Source: Callorhinchus milii (lineage: Eukaryota). Taken from it: a stretch of 64,000 nucleotides of DNA. This document shows positions 1-13,575 of this stretch, one piece after another. The translations under genes and the position numbers were made by a program. The notes under the pieces were generated by a model. That model was not told the origin of the DNA and did not search any database. It saw only the letters and a list, made by a program, of their open reading frames with translations. Location: NCBI RefSeq assembly GCF_018977255.1, contig NW_024704742.1, forward strand, positions 128,032,001 to 128,096,000, read 5' to 3'. Position 1 is the first letter of the stretch. Each line of letters starts with the position of its first letter.

Positions 1-174
1 CTGTTAGCAATATTTGTTCAGCTTTGTTTGTGTATTGTGTTTTGAAAACCTGTTTATTGTGCTTTACTTTTATACTGAATTGAATGTAAAACTGCCCATT
101 ATGTACAGAAGAATTGAGGAGAGACAGGTTGATCTGAATGATGGATTATATAAAAAATATTTCCATTTGATGTA

Positions 175-525
175 GAGACATATATCAAATCCCTTTCTGT
201 AAAATGTAGTGACTGCATTTGTGGGTGAATGCAGCCACCAATATTCACCCAGCATATGCCACAAGCAGCCATGACCTTTTTTTTAATCTGGAGGATTGTT
301 GGCCAGGAAATTGGGAGAAACTCTTTTCAAAGATTGGCATGAGATCTTTAATGACCACTTGAACAGACAGACAGGACCTTGGTTTAACATCTCATCCAAT
401 GGCTGACACTTCTGGCATTGGAGTATCAACCGAGTTTATGCGCTCAAAGTTCCAACATGGGGCTTGAACCCACAATTTCAATGATTCAGATATGAGAGTG
501 CTATGCCAATTGAACCAAGCTGAAG
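175..525 (-). mobile_element. Old Deu-domain SINE (SacSINE1/AmnSINE1-like), degraded
   Basis: Plus strand has GGTTTAACATCTCATCC and GGGGCTTGAACCCACAA, the reverse complement of Deu-SINE body and B-box motifs; alignable to copies at 50500-50935 and 52780-53905. Confidence 0.75.
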
Positions 526-1758
526 TGGGAGGCTAAGCCAAGCCTTTCAATCGGTCTGCTATTTTCAGTTGCATAACATAACAATCACATTTCAAATCTA
601 TTTGATTTCTGTATATCCTACTTTTTTTTGCCATTATCTTGTTTTTTCAGGTCCTTTGCAGGTTCCAGAACTGACTGAAACACAGACTCCCCATTATGTG
701 ACATACTGAAGGAAATGATTACTTGACACCACCTTCACTTTCAGAGTCTCTCAAAATGAATATGTTCAATTGCACCTCTCCGTGTTTTGAATTGACAATG
801 AGAATGTGAGTCAGGTATTATAACCTGGGGTGAGGATGATGTGTTAACCCTTAGAGCATCCTGAATAAGTTCACTTGTTTGAAAGCTGTAGGGTCTCAGG
901 GGACACCAATGTGCTTATTAGTATGATGCCTCACTTAACTGCAAAATCCACATTAGGAATTCAACTGCATACATCTTTGACCAGGCTATGCCAATTTTTT
1001 ATCCTTTGGCTTTCTGTGGTTGCAAAATTTGCCTGTAAATCTACATTTCAACCATTGAAAACCATTTAAAAAGTTTCTCCAACCGACCATTATATTAATC
1101 CTTAAATATGATATTGTTGCCTTATCTCTCACGTTATATCTCAAAGTATGTCGCAGTAACGTGACAAAAGTCTAGTGACTTTGCATTTTTTGTGGGCAGA
1201 CATAAAAGGTAGAATGTGAAAGAAATGGAAAGTGATAGAGCAGAAAGGAATTTAATTTTGGATATAAGAAAGGGTTATTTGAACCAGAAAGTTTCTGACC
1301 CTTTATCAAGTGATTTCTGTCAGACTGGGCAATGCAATGTGTTGGAACATTACACTTTCACTGATAGGACCAACGCTGGAATCTCGCCAGAAAAGCAGAG
1401 TGAAACTTTGTGTTTTGCCGGCTGGCTGAGTACAGACTCCGATGAGAAAATGCCAAACACTTGAATGAGGAGAGATTTAACAGCTTGGTTCTTCCCTTTG
1501 AAATGAAATACAGAAAGATTCCAACTTTATTAAAACAATTGAAAAAAGAGACTTTTTTTCTTTCTTCTTAGAAGATTGCAATTTCAGTTAATGTGTTGCA
1601 GAATTGAGTTTGACTGCAGGAGATAAAATGATTGAGTACAGTGGCTATGATTCATGAGAGACTGTGGAGGGTTTTAAGCCTTCGCCCACTTTGTTTTTAC
1701 TGGCTATCACAACTGAATCTCAATCCTTTTTGCCCAGATTGAGACTTAGAACTCATAT

Positions 1759-2124
1759 AAATAATAATAATAATTTTTGCATTTGTTATAGCGCTTTTCA
1801 TATCTTTGAGATGTCTCAAAGCGCTTTACAGAATATACTGTAAAGTGAGTTGACCGTACATTTGTGGGCAAAAATGGCAGCCCATTGTGCACAGCAGTGT
1901 CCCACAAACAGTCGTGGATTGAGTGACCAAATTATTATTTTTTTTAAGGACTTCTATCCCTGGAAAAGCGGTCCATCAATCGACTAACAATCGGGTTCCT
2001 ACTTACTGTTAGGTAAACAGAAGTGTGTGGAATAAGGAAACTTGGCCAACATTTCGCTCTGCTGGGACTAAAACCCAGGTCTCTTGCTTGCGAGGCGAGT
2101 GCTCTAACCGCTGGGCTACAGGAC
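1759..2124 (-). mobile_element. tRNA-Ala-derived SINE, long subfamily
   Basis: (TAA)n tail at 1759, body matches 4313-4689 in reverse, head ends ...GCTACAGGACT. Confidence 0.9.
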
Positions 2125-2269
2125 TAATTATCTGGAATGTTAACAGTATCAGGTCTTTGAGTTGGATAAGAAAGGTTCGGAGGCACTCACTTTTGATTTT
2201 AATGCTTTATACCGTGACAGGTCCATATAATGAAGGATAATTGGAAACATTGATATTAAACATCTGTTT

Positions 2270-2492
2270 GCAGAGTGCTCGTCTCACAAACAATAGGACT
2301 CGGGTCGATTAACGGGCTGGATGGAACCATAGGCAAGTTTCCTTACTCCACTTGCCTCTGTTTACCTAGCAGTAAATTGGAACCCGGTTGTTAGTCGTTT
2401 AGCGGATTGCTTTTCCGGGGATAATAATCCCTTCAAAAACATTCTTTTAAAAAATAATAATTTGTTCAATCAATCCACAGCTGCTTATGGGA
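2270..2492 (+). mobile_element. tRNA-Ala SINE, long subfamily, 5' and middle fragment
   Basis: GGCAAGTTTCCTTACTCCACTTGCCTCTGTTTACCTAGCAGTAA block; no 3' tail. Confidence 0.8.
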
Positions 2493-3149
2493 AACATCTG
2501 AACCTCAATGTGAAATTTGAACACTGGAAGGAAAATATAATCCTCAAGCTAGGTTGTTGTAGATGTTGCTGTTTGGTCTTGGGGAGGATTCTATTTGGAG
2601 CATGTAATATAAGTTACATGCTTTGATATGCTTCATTAAGATTAAAGTGAGTAAAAATAGCTGGGTGACGTGAGTAACTATCACCAGTGATGCGGAACAC
2701 AACAATGATAATTGTGGCTAAGACAGTCAATAACAAGATTGCTGCATAGGGTGTAAACTGCCTCCTTTGCCTCTGTGACAAAGGTTTGACCTGAAGCAAC
2801 CCCCTTTTGCCTTTTTAGTCAGTGGAGCGGGGTGGTTGAACACCGATTTAACTCGACCAGAATACAAACGAGTTAAACCAGAATGTCATTAACCAGCTGT
2901 CTAACAGCATATCTCACAAGCCAAATGTCTGATGGCCGCTGTTTTTTTTTGTATCCTGGGTGTCTGAAACATATGGAAACTCATCACTCTGCTTAAGAGT
3001 ATCGAAACCAAACTAAAGCTGTCACAGAAGGCATGGAGGAATCTTGTTATTGATTTATTACCTGTGATTTATCACATTTATTATCCATCATAATTATCAC
3101 TGCTGGTACTAAACATTAACTCTAAGATAACCAATAGCAGATCTAAAAG

Positions 3150-3410
3150 AGAGTTTGAAGGAACTTTCTCACACAGGGTTGTGAGAATGCAGAAAACTTC
3201 CTCTTGGAAGCTTTGGTTGAAGCAGAAAGTATCAACATTCTTTAAGAGGAAGTTTAATGCATACATGAATATGTGAATGGAGACGCAAATAGAGGGTGAT
3301 GGGAGAGAGAACTATTAAGGGGTAGAGGCTTGAGTTGAGTATAAACACCAGCACGGATAAGTTGGGCTGAATGGCCTGTTTTTGTGCTGCATTGTTCTAT
3401 GTCATTCAAT
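3150..3410 (+). mobile_element. Old CR1 LINE 3' fragment
   Basis: ACTTTCTCACACAGGGTTGTGAGAATG ... TTGGGCTGAATGGCCTGTTTTTGTGCTG, typical CR1 ORF2 end and 3' UTR. Confidence 0.7.
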
Positions 3411-3460
3411 GTTGTACATCACACATTACAATTTACCCTCATGAAGATTTTTCTTTTCAG

Positions 3461-3510
3461 GATTTCTCATTTCCTTTACTGAAACAAATCGTTGCATCCC
3501 ACTTTCACAG
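3461..3510 (+). other. Candidate 50-nt internal exon of an unidentified transcript
   Basis: Acceptor TTTTTCTTTTCAG and donor CAG/GTAAGT; no recognisable peptide. Confidence 0.3.
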
Positions 3511-4312
3511 GTAAGTTACTTGAACCTGATGAATTAGCTACATCAAGTAAGAGATTCGAAAAGATCAACTCTGAATGCATTCAAATAACTCCAAACAGGT
3601 CATTTGAAAAGGGACCAAACCCTTGCCTTATGTGTAATTAAACTGAAACTTTTAATCAACTACAAGCCACTTATACACCAGGAAGAATTGTTACCATTGA
3701 AAGAGATGTTTAAGGTATTTTAGGATTTCTAAGTTTTAAATCCTTTAAGACCCAACAGGCTTATGTAGTGTTAGCAGCAAAAAATTAGGATACAGGATCT
3801 TGTGATATGGTTAAGGAACTGTGCATTGTGATTTGTGTGAGCGAGTTCAATGTGCTTCAGGAATTGAACACTGGATATGTAACATAATTGGGGGATTTTG
3901 TGGATAATGTGAAGAGAGCTATTGCAGAGTGTTTGTGAGAGCTAATGCAAAAAAAATACTTACAGTGATCATCTTCAGGCAAATATTAGTGAAGCAAGAA
4001 ATTAAATGAGAGAAACTAGATGCAGGACACAGAAGTAAAGGTAACAACTGCTAGGAATGGTAGGGTTTGGATTGGACTTACTGCTGTAAACTGGATGTTT
4101 ACTGCCATTTCTGAAATCTCCTACAGCTCAACATTTCAGCCCATACCCTTTATTTTAAATGGGATTGAACAAGTAAACCAGGTATAACACTTTAGAATAC
4201 ACCAAGACAATAGAAAAAAAGGACATGGTTTAGAGGTGTAAAGTGCAATTTCAGAACAGACAACAGGAAGTTTTTCTTTAATCAAAGGGTAATTAGATTG
4301 AGTATTGTGGTA

Positions 4313-4689
4313 GTGGAGTCCTGTAGCTCAGTGTTTAAAGCACTTGCCTCGCAAGCGAGAGACCTGCGTTTGATTCCCGGCAGGGCGAAATGATGGGTAA
4401 GTTTGCTTACTCCACACTCCCCTGTTTACCTAGCAGTAAGTAGGAACTTGGTTGTTAGTCGATTGGTGGATCGCTTTTCTGGGAGTAATAATTCTTTCAA
4501 AAAAAATAATAAAAATAAATTGGTCACTTCAATCCACGACTGTTTGTGGGACACTGCTGTGTGCAATTGGCTGCCGCATTTCACCTTCAAAATATACAGT
4601 CAATTCACTTTAGACTATATTCTGTGAAGAGCTTTGAGACATCTCAAAGACGTGATAAGGTGCTATATCAAATGCAAGGATTATTATTA
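4313..4689 (+). mobile_element. tRNA-Ala-derived SINE, long subfamily, full length
   Basis: GTGGAGTCCTGTAGCTCAGTG A-box region, anticodon arm CTTGC-CT-CGC-AA-GCGAG, B-box-like GTTTGATTCCC, tail AAATGCAAGGA(TTA)n. Confidence 0.92.
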
Positions 4690-4959
4690 CTATAATTAAT
4701 GACTGGCTGCCAAGAAGGGTGCCAGGACATTACAAAAATAACAACAATTTGCATTTATAGCACCCCTCAAGCAGGGTAGAGTCCCAGAGCTCTAGACTCA
4801 TTTAGAAAGCACCTTGGTACAGTGATGGGAGGATGATAGGATGGGTATTTGGAGGGATGAGATCAGAAGGGCTGAATGGCCTTCTTCATCCAAAACCTGC
4901 CAACTCCTCACTTCCAATACATTGTACACCTATTCCTTGTCACTCGATGGCCAGATGTA

Positions 4960-5197
4960 CACCCCTCCTTCCACAACACAGTCACAGAGTTGGTGGAATG
5001 CACTGCCTGAAGGGGTGGTGGAAACACATTCAATAATAATTTTCAAAAGAGAATTGGATAGATACTTGAAAAGAAAAAAGTTGCAAGGCTATGGGGAAAG
5101 AGCAGGGTAGTAGAATTGATTGGATAACTCTTTCAAAGTGCTGGCACAAGCACGATGCGTCGAATGGCCTCTTTTTGTGCTGCACGATTCTATGACA
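4960..5197 (+). mobile_element. CR1 LINE 3' end fragment
   Basis: Translates WNALPEGVVETHSIIIFKRELDRYLK (CR1 ORF2 C-terminus); ends in ATTCTATG tail unit. Confidence 0.85.
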
Positions 5198-5479
5198 TTG
5201 GACTCATTTAAGAAACAGCTTGATACTATAATGAGAGGACACATATTATGAAACAATTAGATCAAATTGGCTAAAGAGCCTTCTTCATCAGAATCAATCT
5301 TGTGGTCTTGTGAATGGATATGAGTCATGAGATTGCACGATATTACAATTGAGGAGCAGAACACGTGCCATGAAATTACTTGACCCAATCCATGCAGAGA
5401 GCAGATGAAAACAAACCACTGAACATGAAACTTTTTTTCTCGTAACATTGTTCTTGTTGATCTGTTTACAGCCATTGAC

Positions 5480-5595
5480 CGTACATGGAAATTTCCATGT
5501 GTAAGTGGCACACATGGAACTCTCAGTTTGTTTTGGATAATTATAATTATGGGTGATGGGTTTCTGGATGTGTCAGACACTGGGCTGACCACAAA
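5480..5595. repeat. Copy of unclassified old dispersed repeat
   Basis: Reverse complement aligns by eye to 26630-26735 (GGAAACCCATCACC...AAACTGAGTTCC...GGAAATTCC). Confidence 0.65.
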
Positions 5596-6197
5596 ACAAA
5601 ACAAAAAAACCTTGTTAGCTACTACGACAGAGGCAACAGAACACAATGTGCGTTATGCAATTGTAACTAACTACTTGGCGTTCCATGCAGCTGTATCAAC
5701 AAGTTGAGAAACAAATAGGAGCATATGACCTAAACTTCATCAAAATGTAGACTTTTCCAAATGAATCCAGACTGAGCCAAGTCAACCACTGTGAATTCCA
5801 CTTTTAACTTTGGGGTCTCATCCCAAGTGTATTGGACCATAGTAGAATTTAAAAGCATTACTCAAACATTGTCTTTTTTTCTTTAGGCGGGTTGGCAGCG
5901 GGGAGGGGCATTGTTAGAATCTGGTTCTGGTTTCATTAATCTTATGTGAGTTTAAAAAATAATAATTTAAGTAGTTAGTCATAAATGAAATCTGAATTCC
6001 ACAGGGAGTGAGTTTTCAGAACAAATGTTCCTTATAATCTCCATTGAGCAACATCAGAATAGGATCATCTAGAGGTCACAGGATGTATAGGGGATGTGTC
6101 ACATTGGAGTCCTGTGGCATTTCTTAATAAGATTCATTAATAAGGAATAAGAGTTGTGCAAATAGAGACTCCTTCCAGCAACCAGAAGTAAGTGCTA

Positions 6198-6500
6198 ACC
6201 TGCTTCACATCCCACACCTTGCCCACCCCACCATTGGCGGGCAGGCCTTCAGCCTCTCTGCTCCCACCCTCTGGAACTCCATCCCACAGTCCCTCCGCCT
6301 CACCCCCTCCCATGCCTCCTTCAAGACCCGTCTCAAGACCCTCCTCTTTGACCGTACTTTTGGTCATCCTGCATTCCTCGCTATCCACCCCTCCTGATCC
6401 CAACCACCAGCTTGGGTGTGAATCCCTGACTGTCCAGCACCTTGGGATGTCCTCCTGACATGAAAGGCCCTATACAAATGTAACTTGTTATTGTTGCTGT
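6198..6500 (+). mobile_element. L2 LINE 3' fragment
   Basis: GGRAFSLSAPTLWNSIP-type coding end and GGATGTCCTCCTGACATGAAAGG stem-loop followed by (TTG)n-like tail. Confidence 0.85.
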
Positions 6501-6914
6501 TGACCTGGGGGAAGCTTGCTCTAACCCATGCTATATCTGGAGCAGAAGCTATATCAAGGAAAAATTCCTTATCATACATTCCCTTTAAAAAATACTGAAA
6601 ATTAAACCCCACTGGCAAAAGGCACTCTGCTAAGCTTAGTAGAGACTGTGAGACATATATAGCCAAGACACTTGCTGAATCTTGTAGAATGTTTAAGAAA
6701 AGCTAACATTACACTTGTGGAGGTTTTCTTCAATCATAAGATGGTGAAAGGAGGAACACAGCAGCAGAAAAAGCAGGAAGGAGCATATGAATTTTCTATA
6801 CTTTTGCGACGTTTGTGAAGCATTTTTTCATTGTGCAGGATAACAATCACTGACCTTGATAACTTCTTTATTTTCAAGGATTATCAACTCACTGAATAAC
6901 AATCACAGTCGTTT

Positions 6915-7368
6915 TACATGGTATTTTACCCAGACCAAACTCCGTACCCACATCTCAACAGTTCTGGCTCTCCATCACCGAACGGATCGACTTCACGATT
7001 CTTACACTCGTGTTCAAATCCCTTCACTCTCTGGCACCTCCCTACTTCTCCAACCTCCTCACTACTGAATCCACCACCTGGTGCCTCTGCTCGACTGGCA
7101 CCGGTCTCCTGCTCGTTCCTCGCACCCTCTGCTCCACCATCAGAGGTCGTGCTTTCAGCCACTAAGCCCCGAAACTCTGGAATACTCTTCCTCAATCCCT
7201 CCACCTTACCCCCTCTCTCCACTTTTTCAAATCCCAGCCTGAAAACCTTCCTCATTGACCGTGCTCCCCGCCCACCACCCACCGGCTTGGAGTCAGGCTC
7301 CACCACTGTTAAGCGCTCTGAATGCTACCCTTCATGGAGGGTGCTATATAAGTGAAAGTTTTTGTTGT
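6915..7368 (+). mobile_element. L2 LINE 3' fragment (older family)
   Basis: CT-rich L2 ORF2 end (CTCTGGAATACTCTTCC; AAAACCTTCCTCATTGACCGTGC) and tail GAGGGTGCTATATAAGTGAAAGTTTTTGTTGT. Confidence 0.8.
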
Positions 7369-8079
7369 AGTCTCACAGTGCTTCATCTATTGCTGGTTTA
7401 CACATTGAGTATGTAGGTAGGATTTTACGTGCTGGGGTGATATTGTGCATAGAGCATTGGAGCAGATTTCTAGCTATAATTCTGTGGGAAGGTGACTTCA
7501 CTGAAGTTGAGTCAGTTTCCATATTGGGGTTGAAATCAAGAATCTCCCTTCATCTACTCTCACTCTTCTGGGTCTCTTGCATTTTGTGGGAACATGGGTT
7601 TTTTCTGAGCGGGGGTGGTGGAGGAATGGGGGGTTGGGTTAATATCTTCTGCAAGGGGCCTGGGGTTTCCTAGTATTTCCCCAGGTGTAAACAATAGCTA
7701 CACATCACTTGCTGCGACAGATAAGCATTGCCATCTGACCACATTATACGCATGAATAGCTGTCTCATAGCATGGGGACGCACCCATCTTGCCTTGCAAG
7801 AATTCTCAGTTTCTGTCTTTGCTGGCACGCCTGACAACATTTTCTCAGATTTGTCATGTTTGTGACAAGTCTGCTCATGATATTCATTGGCGTTGCTCAG
7901 ATTATCAAAGACTGGGATGAAACCTGTGAGATGTGATGTGTTATTTATCACATCGGTTTGGGTTCAGTTGATCATTTATGAATTAGAAAGTTACAAGCCT
8001 TACATTGTAACTTATAGTATAAGCTGACACTTCAGCACAGAAGTGAGTGGGTCGACAGTTCCGCCCTTTGGATGAGACA

Positions 8080-8260
8080 TTCATAAGATCACACAATTAG
8101 TTTGGATGAATAAGGAACCTTTGATTCATCTGATCTCGTCCCTCTAGAACACCCACTGTCACAATATCAAGCTGCTTTTTAAACGAGTCCAGTGTCCTGG
8201 CCTTAACCACCCTTCCTGACAACCTGTACCAGTCATTAATTAGCTTCTGAATACAACCAG
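8080..8260 (-). mobile_element. Ancient CR1-like 3' end fragment
   Basis: Shares GCTGCTTTTTAAACGAGTCCAGTGTCCTGG block with 42700-42900 and 47520-47720, and in reverse with 4795, 5200 and 20740. Confidence 0.55.
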
Positions 8261-10074
8261 AAATTGCATTTGTCTGTTCTTCAGCTGGATGTTAAAGACC
8301 CCATTGATATTAATAAAAAAAAGGGAGTTTCTCACTGTATCTTGGCCAAAAATGCACTACATTAATTCCGTCCTGGCTGTCTGTGGGAACATGTTTCCAC
8401 AAATGACCATGTATGGCTACAAAACCTGTTACTTTATCTATAGTGTGAAGGCACTATAACAATTCACATTCTTAAGTTTTCAAAAAAAAACTTTCCGTTG
8501 ATCAATTTTCTATGTATAATATTTTACAATGCTTTCAACAACAACAAGAACTGCAAATTACATTTGTAAAGCGTCTCTCACATTGGGAGGACGCCCCAAG
8601 GCACCAGGACATCTTCCCTTGGTACTTACATTCTTTTACAGTGTTGAACACTTGACTGTTAGGTCTACAACCTTTACTTACTAATGCATTTAACTGGAAA
8701 CTTCTTATTGCTAAATGATTTATCTGACAGGGAACAAATGTATGGTTAAACATGCTAAGCTTTATTGATTTATGATCTGATGTGACCTGATGTTTGACTT
8801 CACATGTACTATGAAAACCCAGAGAAACCCCTTTAGGTTGGCTAAGAAAAAAGGCTTTAAAATTAATGCAACATGTTAGAGAGTTAGTTAAAATACAAAA
8901 AGTGACAGTTACATCTGTGAACCAGCATTAACTGTCGTTGGACAATTAGACTGTCACAACAATAAAGAATTAGACCAGCGAACTGATAAGCCATAAAGGT
9001 AATTATTGTGGTAGGTACGAAGCCCAGAGGTCAATCAGTGTTTCATTGGAATATTAATACTGAACAAATTGAAAATGATTGCAACGAGTGTGATATGGCA
9101 ACTCAATAGAGGGATACTTTCATTTTGGAGTTAAAAATAACATGAGAATTACAGTTCGGCTTATGTGGATTTGTATCTTTGGTATTGGATACAGTCTTCA
9201 ATGAGCTGGTCTAATTCCGTGTTAACTCGTTTTGTGCGTAATTGAAGTTGTGACAATTGTTTTCAACAGCAAGCCTGCGTTGCCATTACAGTACTTAAGA
9301 AGATGAGTTATGCAGAGCAGATCTGCGCAGTCAAAAAGTTGTCAAGATGTCAATGTCTTATAGCTAAACCATGAATCAATGCTATTAGCGCTAAATAGGT
9401 TTGATGCACATGAAATGTTTCACACATTTTAATGATAACAAATGGTCTTTAAAGGAAGCGATGCAGTTTAAGAGCATCTCCCTGGCGCACATGGTTAATT
9501 CTGTGTCAGTCCTAACTCATGTTTTATGTAAAAGGTGACACTCTTTTCTTCCCTGTGTATGAGATACCGCAGCTATAAATCCTGCTTACTATGAAAGAAA
9601 AAAAACTGAAGACTTGAATAATGAGCATAATAAGATTGTTTTGGTGTCAAATTGTTCATTTTAGCAGACATCACGATGCTGGGTATTAATCCTGTTTAGC
9701 TGTTACTCAGCACTAAATTTGAATTAATGACCAATCCCTCTAGCTGTTAATCACCAGAATAAAGAATAACCTTCCGGAGATGTTGGTTAGGAAGAATATT
9801 ACCTACATTAACCCTGCAAAAACTGCAGCAAGATTTTGTCATTTTTTAAAACAAAATTCATAAATTTGCACATTGGTTTGACTTTGATTCAATATTACGA
9901 TTCATTTCGTACATTCACAACATAATTGCCACTAATGTCAATGGCCCCATTGTTTTTATTTCTGTGTTATTGGATGTAAAATGGAGTGAAAAGTTTAAGG
10001 AGAATGTTAACCTGAAACCTATTAACATGTTAGGAAGTACCATGGAGCATAGTGACGTTCCAAAAAGATTAAAT

Positions 10075-12672
10075 TTAAAAATAAGGTTGGTGAGCTGCAG
10101 GCTCAAGTTTCCACGTGCGATTATGATATAGTGGCAATAATGGAGACTTGACTCAAACAAGGACAGGAAAGGGAGTTCAATATTCCTGGCTTCAATGTAT
10201 TCAGGAGGGTTAAGAAAGGAAAAAAATGAGATGGGGTGGCAATATTGATTAAAGACGCGGTTACGGTCCTGGAAAGAGACAATGTGCTCGAGGGTCCAAA
10301 AACAGAACCTATTTGGTTAAAATTAAGGATTAGAAAAGGAGCTGTTACTCTGTTGGGTGTATGCTATAGACCACCAAATAGTGGGAAGGAGAAAGACGAG
10401 CAAATCTGCAAGCAAATTTCAGAAAGATGTCAAACCAATATAGTGATAATGGGGGACTTCAATTATCCTAACATAAACTGGCAAAATAACAACGTAAGGG
10501 GCAAGGAAGGGGAAGGATTCCTGAAATGTGTGCAGGATAACTTTCTGGATCAGTGTGTTTCCAGCCCAACAAGGAAAGAAGCAGTGCTGTATCTAGTTCT
10601 AGTTCTGGGAATGAAGTGGGGCAAGTGGAGCAGGTTTCAGTAGGAAAGCGTCTGGACAACAGTGATCACAACATCATTAGGTTAGCAGTACTTATGGAAA
10701 GGGACAAGGAGCAAAGGTGAAGATACTCAACTAGAAGAGGGCTAATTTCAGTGAGTTAAAAAGGGAGCTAGCCAAAGTGGACTGGAAAGAAAACTTGGCA
10801 GGTAAAACAGCTAACGAGCAATGGGAAGCCTTCAAGGAGGAGATAATTCGGGGACAGAACAAATACATTCCCACCAAGGGGAAAGGTAGGGCATCCAAAC
10901 CTCCCTGGATGAATAAGGAAGTTGGGATTAAAATAAAACAGAAAAAGGAGGCTTACGATAAAAGCCAGGTCCAAAATGCCAAAAATAATCAAAAGGAAAA
11001 TAGAAAGTACATAGTAGAACTGAAAAAGGGAATAAGAGGGGCAAAGAGATTGTATGAGAAAAGATTAGCAGGTAACATAAAAGGGAACCCTAAGGTATTT
11101 TATAAGTATATAAAGAGTAAAAGAATCAAAGGTAGGGTGGGTTCAAGTAGGGACCAAAGAGGAAACCTTCTCGTGGAGGTAGAGGGCATGGCTGACGTAC
11201 TGAATGAATAATTTGCATCTGTCTTCACAAAAAGGAAGAGGATGCAGCCAATGCCACAGTATTTGAGGAGAAGGTAGAGAAATTGGATAGGATAAGAATA
11301 AACAGAAAGGAAGTATTAAAAAGGTTAACAGTGCTCAAGGTAGATAAGTCACCTGGTCTGGATGGGATGCATCCTAAGTTACTAAGGGAAGTAAGGGTGG
11401 AAATAGTGGAGGCTCTGGCCACAATCTTTCAATCATCCTTAACATGCCAGAGAACTGGAGGGTTGCAAATGTTACTCCCCTGTACAAAAAGGGGCGGAAG
11501 GATAAACCCGGAAACGACAGGCCAGTCAGCTTAATGTCAGTAGTGGGGAAACTTCTAGAGACTATAATCCGGGACAAAGTAAATTTTCACTTAAAAAAAA
11601 TGGGTTAATAAAGGACATCCACATGATTTGTTAAAGGCAGATTGTGTCTAACAAACCTGATAGAGTTTTTTGATGAAGTAACGGAGAGGGTGAGAGGATG
11701 GAAGAAGGTAGTGCAGTTGATGTAGTTTATATATTTTCAAAAGGTGTTTGATAAAGTGCCAAATAAGAGACTTGTAAGCAAAATAGAAGTCCATGGTATT
11801 AAAGGAACAGTGGCAGCATGGATATAGAACTGGCTGGGAGACAGAAAGCAGAGAGTGGTGGTAACAGTTATTATTCTGACTGGAGGAAAGTGTGCAGTGG
11901 TGTCCCCATAGATCAGTATTGGGACCAATGCTGTTTTTGATCTATATAAATATCCTGGACTTGGGTTCAGGGAGTACCATTTCCAAGTTTGCAGATGATA
12001 TTAAGCCACAAAAAGTAGTAAACAGTGAGGAGGATAGTAGCAGACTGTAAGAGGACATAGACAGACTGGTAAAATGGGCAGACACATGGCAGGTGAAGTT
12101 TAATGTGGAGAAATGTGAAGCGAGGCATTTCTGGAGGAAGAATGAGGAGAAGTAATATATGCTAGATGGTAGAATCTTAAGTGTGTGAAGGAACAGAGAG
12201 ACCTGGGGGTTCATATCAGTAAATCTTTGACGTACCAGGACAGGTTGATAAAGCTGTTAAAAAAGCATGCGGGATACTAGGCTTTATAAATAGGGCATAG
12301 AATACAAAAGTCCAGAAGTTATGATGAACGTTTATAAAACACTGGTTAGGCCTCAGCTGGAGTACTGTGTTCAGTTCTGGGCTCCACATTTAAGGAAAGA
12401 TGTCAAGGCATTGGAGTTGGTGCAAAGGAGATTTACCAGGATGGTACCAGGAATGAGGGACTTCAGTTATCAGGAGAGGCTGGAGAAGCTAGGATTATTC
12501 TCCTTGGAGCAGAGAAGGTTAAGAGGAGACTTAACAGACGTTTTCAAAATTGTGAGGGTTTTCGATAGTGTGAACAAGGAGAAACTATTTCCACTGGCAG
12601 ATGGGTCGGTAACCCGAGGACACCGACTTAAAATAGTTGTTAAAAGAAACCGAGGGGAGGTGAGGGGGACGT
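10075..12672 (+). mobile_element. CR1 LINE ORF2 remnant (APE endonuclease + RT), disrupted, 3' UTR missing
   Basis: ORF fragments with GVCYRPPNS, IMGDFNYPNINW, DKSPGLDGMHP, KFADD, YKTLVRPQLEYCVQFWAP; many stops and frameshifts. Confidence 0.95.
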
Positions 12673-13222
12673 AGAATGCATTGCCTAAAAAATTGCATCC
12701 ATATCCACATCCATAATAAGATGAAAATCTCAAAAAACGTGCTCGGATAAGTTTGTCCTTAAATCCTTTACCGCTGCTGAGCTATCATCTGCACACAAGC
12801 AGGTTGCTGTAGGTCAGAAATTTCCACGGATAAGGCATTGATTCTTTCCTGGGACTGATACTTAATGATATCCAGTAGACAAAATACCATAGAGATTTTA
12901 AGAGACTTTTTGTAGAGTATCCATCAATTTATGAAGTGCACTTTCAGCATCCTAAAGTGTCCTAATAGCCACTAACCTTGTGGCTTTAGATGATTTATTG
13001 TATTTGTACTCGGAAGGAGTTCCTGGAGTGCAGTGCAGTCATCAGTCATAACTTAATCCCATAATCCATGGACTCCTAATAACCATGTACTTTGTCATCT
13101 TTCTCAAACAGACAGAATGAATAAGTCATACATTCAGTGTGGAAAGTTGGCATATACATACATATGTAATGACATTTCATGGATGAGCAGCTATTTGCAT
13201 ATGCATTGATCTAATGCCTTTT

Positions 13223-13575
13223 ATAATAATAATAATCCTTGCATTTTATATACTGCCTTATCATGTCATTGAGATGTCTGAAAGCGCTCAGTATAGAATA
13301 TATTGTAAAATTGATTGACTGTTTATTTTGTGGGAAAAACATGGCAGTTGTTCACAGCAGTTTTTCACAAACAGTTGTGGATTGAGTTTTTGAGGGATTA
13401 TTACCCCCGGAAAGCGATCTGTCAATTGACTAACTACCAGGTTCCTAGTTACTGCTATGTAAACAGAGGCATGTGGAGAAAGAGCATGCCTAAGATTTTG
13501 CCCCAGCCAGGAATCAAACCTGGGTCCTCTTGCTTGTGAGGCGAGCACTCTAACAACTAAGCTACAGGTCTCCAC
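13223..13575 (-). mobile_element. tRNA-Ala SINE, long subfamily
   Basis: (TAA)nTCCTTGCATTT tail through GCTACAGGTCTCCAC head. Confidence 0.9.
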
